From positions 1 through 62,086 of IMG/VR virus record IMGVR_UViG_3300008120_000239: a stretch of 62,086 nucleotides of DNA. One strand, 5' to 3'. Every line of letters begins with the position of its first letter. Within the stretch, counting starts at the first letter, position 1. A program made the position numbers and the translations under genes. Below the pieces are notes generated by a model that saw nothing but the letters and a program-made list of their open reading frames with translations, ran no database searches and had not been told where the DNA came from. Positions 59,042 to 62,086 of this stretch are shown in pieces. This DNA comes from a virus. Lineage: Duplodnaviria > Caudoviricetes.

Positions 59042-59273
59042 TGCTTGGATCTGTTCTCAAAATTGACTATATTTGTACTGTTCTTTGATACAATGACACG
59101 GAATGACAACGGAAACAAGAAAGTTTCCACCAAGTAAAAAAAGTGCTTGGCTATGTGCTCAAAATTACTTATATTTGTTCTATGTTTGAGACATGAGGAA
59201 ACAAGACAGTTTCCACCGAGTAAAAAAAAATAAAAAAGTGCTTGCGTATGTGGTTTGAATTCCGTATATTTGT
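59042..59273 (+). promoter_or_regulatory. Three tandem early promoters (59042-59076, 59144-59178, 59239-59273)
   Basis: Each is TGCTTG-N20-TATATTTGT with an upstream A tract; spacing is about 100 bp. Confidence 0.8.
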
Positions 59274-59309
59274 ATAAGAAAGTTTGACACAACAACATTG
59301 GAGAATGTT

Positions 59310-59420
59310 ATGAGACGAACCTATGAGAGACCCATGCGGTCAAGTGGAGACGGTGCTTTTATGGCCTTTATGTTCTTTGCAATATGGATTGCGGTAGTAG
59401 TAGTATCATACTCACTATAA
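59310..59420 (+). CDS. Small basic-N/TM peptide (36 aa)
   Basis: MRRTYERPMRSSGDGAFMAFMFFAIWIAVVVVSYSL; TTGGAGAATGTT leader. Confidence 0.6.
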   Translation: MRRTYERPMRSSGDGAFMAFMFFAIWIAVVVVSYSL

Positions 59421-59445
59421 TAAAAATACCATAGGAGAATGGGCT

Positions 59446-59823
59446 ATGCTTAAGAAGAACCCAAGATGGATCGAGTTGGATGCCGATAAGGAATTCTTAT
59501 TGAGGATGCTATCCACAAGACAGAGAGACGGTGCTATTATTGCTGAGTTGAATGCTGTTACTGCTGAGTTGGCCAATACACCAATGATGATAGATAGTAA
59601 AAAAGTTAAACCTATCAAGGTTGCTAAGGATAGGACTGTAAAAACACCTAAGGCAGATAAACCGCCGAAAGTGTGGGTGCCGAAGACTATCAAGGATATA
59701 CGGCCACCAAGACCCATGAGGAACTACAAGGCTGTGCTTACGGATGCTAACGATATACAATATAAATTGATTATATCAAGGTTGCGTGGTTGTCCTACAC
59801 ATAGACACTTTCAAGAAATATAA
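59446..59823 (+). CDS. Early hypothetical protein
   Basis: GGAGAATG RBS. Confidence 0.65.
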   Translation: MLKKNPRWIELDADKEFLLRMLSTRQRDGAIIAELNAVTAELANTPMMIDSKKVKPIKVAKDRTVKTPKADKPPKVWVPKTIKDIRPPRPMRNYKAVLTDANDIQYKLIISRLRGCPTHRHFQEI

Positions 59824-59845
59824 TAATACCATAGGAGAATGGCGT

Positions 59846-60010
59846 ATGTATGAAGATGATTTGTATGACATTATGCGGGATGATAGGCGTTGGAATGAGT
59901 CCCTTGATAAGACCTATGATTGCCGTTGTATGTTCGATGATTTTGACGGTATTACAGATATTGAATACCTTGTCAATAACACACGACTTGGCACGAATGT
60001 AAAAAAATAA
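59846..60010 (+). CDS. Small acidic early protein
   Basis: GGAGAATG RBS; MYEDDLYDIM... Confidence 0.6.
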   Translation: MYEDDLYDIMRDDRRWNESLDKTYDCRCMFDDFDGITDIEYLVNNTRLGTNVKK

Positions 60011-60015
60011 TATAG

Positions 60016-60050
60016 TGCTTGCTTAGTATTACAAAAATGATTATATTTGT
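60016..60050 (+). promoter_or_regulatory. Early promoter TGCTTG-N20-TATATTTGT
   Basis: Exact copy. Confidence 0.78.
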
Positions 60051-60071
60051 ACTATCATAACGGAGAATGAT

Positions 60072-60239
60072 ATGGATATATTTGATGCCATCATGGACAT
60101 AGAGTGTAATGATGTAACACAAGAGAGATACATTGAATGCTACCAAACACTAATAGATAGTGGTGTGGTATGGGAACTACAAGGTTCACATGGTAGAACT
60201 GCATCAATGCTAATAGAGGAGGGCTACTGCCATGAGTAA
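60072..60239 (+). CDS. Small early phage protein (55 aa, W.LQG..GR.A..LIE.G family)
   Basis: Manual ORF MDIFDAIMDIE...QTLIDSGVVWELQGSHGRTASMLIEEGYCHE; CGGAGAATGA RBS. Confidence 0.75.
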   Translation: MDIFDAIMDIECNDVTQERYIECYQTLIDSGVVWELQGSHGRTASMLIEEGYCHE

Positions 60240-60420
60240 GGAATGGATTGATAACAATGCCCCATACCTATCACAACGATTGTATGACTTGGCACAAACA
60301 AATAGAAAGTTGAAAGACTACGAAACTGCTTCGCTATTGGCTACACTTGCTACTGACTTATGGGTTGGTAACATGACTGAATACAAATATCAACTACTAT
60401 CTGAATGGTTATCACAATGA
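60232..60420 (+). CDS. Small early protein
   Basis: Coupled ORF; GAGGAGG upstream. Confidence 0.6.
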   Translation: MSKEWIDNNAPYLSQRLYDLAQTNRKLKDYETASLLATLATDLWVGNMTEYKYQLLSEWLSQ

Positions 60421-60524
60421 GAAGAAGATATGTTAGGAGAAGTGGGTTCATTGATAGGACATTGAGTGGGCTGATTCAAGTGGTTATGCTACTGATACTC
60501 ATTAAATGGTTGATAGGCTACTGA
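60417..60524 (+). CDS. Small basic-N/TM peptide (35 aa)
   Basis: MRRRYVRRSGFIDRTLSGLIQVVMLLILIKWLIGY; ATGA coupling to the upstream ORF. Confidence 0.55.
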   Translation: MRRRYVRRSGFIDRTLSGLIQVVMLLILIKWLIGY

Positions 60525-60529
60525 CAATT

Positions 60530-60606
60530 TCATTCTCCGATGAAGGCATGGGCGTACATTGTATTCCCACCCACATTCTCCAACGGTGTGCGTCCATGTC
60601 ATTTTT
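60530..60606 (+). ncRNA. Candidate hairpin sRNA antisense to the GGAGAATG early-gene leader
   Basis: 18-bp stem (60545-60562/60583-60600) with five G.U pairs; 20-nt loop containing ACATTCTCCA; second CATTCTCC at 60531; T tract. Confidence 0.68.
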
Positions 60607-61042
60607 GTATCACAATAGGATATGCTGTGTGCTATATGGAAACAAAACACAACGAAACGGCATTCAGACCATTGGCAGATATTGATACTATTACACATAG
60701 GCTACTATTACTGTGTCTATTCACTATCTCAATATGTGCGGTTATCTACCATTATAGTAAAGATAAAAATGTATTACCTACTGCTAAGGCATTGAATGGC
60801 AATTATTATGTTAATAGTTATTTCAGTAGTAACGAAGTATCATTATGCCCTAAAAGAATTAAGAAAGGGCGTTGGCAGAGATTGAGAATGTATCACGCTT
60901 AATATAGGATATACTATGTTTGATGTAGATGATGATGATATTATATGGGCAATTGTTATACTTGGTAGTGTTATGTTTGCCATTATGAATCCCTTTAGAT
61001 AACTTATAGTATTATTATTATAGATACCGTCAAGGAATTATT

Positions 61043-61192
61043 ATGAAACCGTTTTCAAGAACCGATAGAGGCAGAACCCTAAAGAAGATGTATGACACTT
61101 GGGTATATCTTGGTAAATTTGATTTGGCAAGGCAGACTATGGATGTTATGACAAAGGAATCAAAACAATACTTTGCCTTGCATAAAAAATAA
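61043..61192 (+). CDS. Small early protein (49 aa)
   Basis: Manual ORF MKPFSRTDRGRTLKKMYDTW...; AAGGA RBS. Confidence 0.55.
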   Translation: MKPFSRTDRGRTLKKMYDTWVYLGKFDLARQTMDVMTKESKQYFALHKK

Positions 61193-61227
61193 TGCTTGGC
61201 TATTAGGATTAAATTCATTATATTTGT
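61193..61227 (+). promoter_or_regulatory. Early promoter TGCTTG-N20-TATATTTGT
   Basis: Exact copy; part of a duplicated promoter-leader cassette. Confidence 0.78.
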
Positions 61228-61250
61228 TTAGTATTACATTGGAGAATGTT

Positions 61251-61502
61251 ATGAACGATATTACACTTACCCCACAAACCCCTATTTGCGAGATTGCAGA
61301 GATTATCCGTGAGGATTGGCACCATATTAGTTATAGTGCTGCTCCCTATCTTGATGCAATGGATGAATTATACACTCTTGATGATGTGTATGGTTATGAT
61401 GATGCAAAATCTATTATCCTTTATTTCCTATCAAATGCAGGCCATTGGAAAGGTGCCCTTGCAAGAGAAGTAAAGGCACACCTGAAATCACTTGTAAAAT
61501 AA
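61251..61502 (+). CDS. Conserved early phage protein (IA..I..DW...A.PYL.AM...YFLSNA..W.G family)
   Basis: Recognisable motif; TTGGAGAATGTT leader. Confidence 0.75.
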   Translation: MNDITLTPQTPICEIAEIIREDWHHISYSAAPYLDAMDELYTLDDVYGYDDAKSIILYFLSNAGHWKGALAREVKAHLKSLVK

Positions 61503-61522
61503 TTTTACATACCGCGATTATT

Positions 61523-61557
61523 TGCTTGGCTATTACATCTAAATTCCTTATATTTGT
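61523..61557 (+). promoter_or_regulatory. Early promoter TGCTTG-N20-TATATTTGT
   Basis: Exact copy. Confidence 0.78.
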
Positions 61558-61580
61558 TTCGTATTACATTGGAGAATGTT

Positions 61581-61880
61581 ATGAGAAAGATTACAGAATT
61601 GGCAGCCCGTGCCTTTATCAATAGAAAACCATTTCGCCGTGCTAACACATGGACAGATGGAACCACTCTTTATCTACATGGCAATGTCATTGCCCGTTGG
61701 GATGTTGGTATATTGCAGATTCGTTCTGCGGGTTGGGAATCCAATACCACAAAGGAAAGATTGAATGGCGTCCTATCTTTATTAAACCTACCCCGTATTA
61801 CACAAAGAAACTATCAATGGTATATTGGTGATAGGCCTTGGATAAATTCATCCCTTTTTATTCTACCACAACTACAATAA
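61581..61880 (+). CDS. Conserved early phage protein (MRKI...LHGN.IA...GW.S.TTK.RLN family)
   Basis: Recognisable motif; TTGGAGAATGTT leader. Confidence 0.75.
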   Translation: MRKITELAARAFINRKPFRRANTWTDGTTLYLHGNVIARWDVGILQIRSAGWESNTTKERLNGVLSLLNLPRITQRNYQWYIGDRPWINSSLFILPQLQ

Positions 61881-61910
61881 ATTTATTATACTTACCGTGA
61901 GGATTTTGTT

Positions 61911-62086
61911 ATGTCTATACGATATATTCCACTTGGCTACAACAGCATTGAAGAATATAGAGAAAGAACTCGTAAGAGTAAGGAAGCATATTGGAACAAA
62001 TATACCGAGAGATTGAGTAGTGTGGTTGATACTACACGGGCACATACTCTGCAAGATATGACTGCTGACTTGGAGATACTTGCTAC
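61911..62086 (+). CDS. Hypothetical protein, truncated by the window end
   Basis: GAGGA RBS; MSIRYIPLGYNSIEEYRE... open to the end. Confidence 0.55.
   Translation, partial: MSIRYIPLGYNSIEEYRERTRKSKEAYWNKYTERLSSVVDTTRAHTLQDMTADLEILA

Noticed and set aside
59040-59280. CRISPR-like array of ~100-bp-spaced repeats
   Set aside because: The repeated parts are promoter boxes, the hairpin occurs only twice, and there is no cas gene in the window.
4789-59760. Numerous short opposite-strand ORFs in the track
   Set aside because: They overlap well-supported genes on the other strand, lack RBSs and show no recognisable motifs.
60540-60902. 120-aa ORF starting at 60540
   Set aside because: Its 5' part overlaps the RNA hairpin and lacks an RBS. 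Any real ORF probably starts near 60622-60636 and I could not decide the frame.

Overview
AT-rich segment of a large myovirus-like (contractile-tail) phage genome, probably infecting a member of the Bacteroidota/Chlorobi/Ignavibacteria lineage. 1-41 kb is almost all minus strand: a collagen-like Gly-Thr-Ser fibre protein, glycosyltransferases, an SbcD-SbcC fusion, primase, T7 endonuclease I-like resolvase, a large baseplate module (five paralogues, gp6/gp25/gp5-like proteins), two tail-associated peptidoglycan hydrolases, a gp55-like sigma factor, clpP, thyX and lysis or secreted proteins. After a GATC-dense putative origin near 40.2 kb the genes are mostly plus strand: two tRNAs, sugar-pathway genes (GT11, rmlC, rmlA, NeuD-like, kce), homing endonucleases, then a GC-rich island with clustered promoters that opens a region of small early-type genes. 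The most interesting signal is a candidate small-RNA system. Two stand-alone hairpins (about 49.6 and 60.5 kb) have G.U-containing stems, C-rich loops and 3' T tracts, and their loops are complementary to ribosome-binding sites of the phage's own genes. The 60.5 kb hairpin matches the GGAGAATG leader shared by six early genes. Other observations: 13 copies of a fixed-spacing promoter (TGCTTG-N20-TATATT[T/A]GT), a candidate multi-stem ncRNA at 48.1-48.3 kb, a shared N-terminal putative capsid-targeting motif, and a tandem ART-like protein next to a ParB-like protein. The assembly has defects: an Illumina P5 adapter sits inside rmlA, and three or four genes show apparent internal deletions. All family assignments come from motif recognition by eye; no searches were run.
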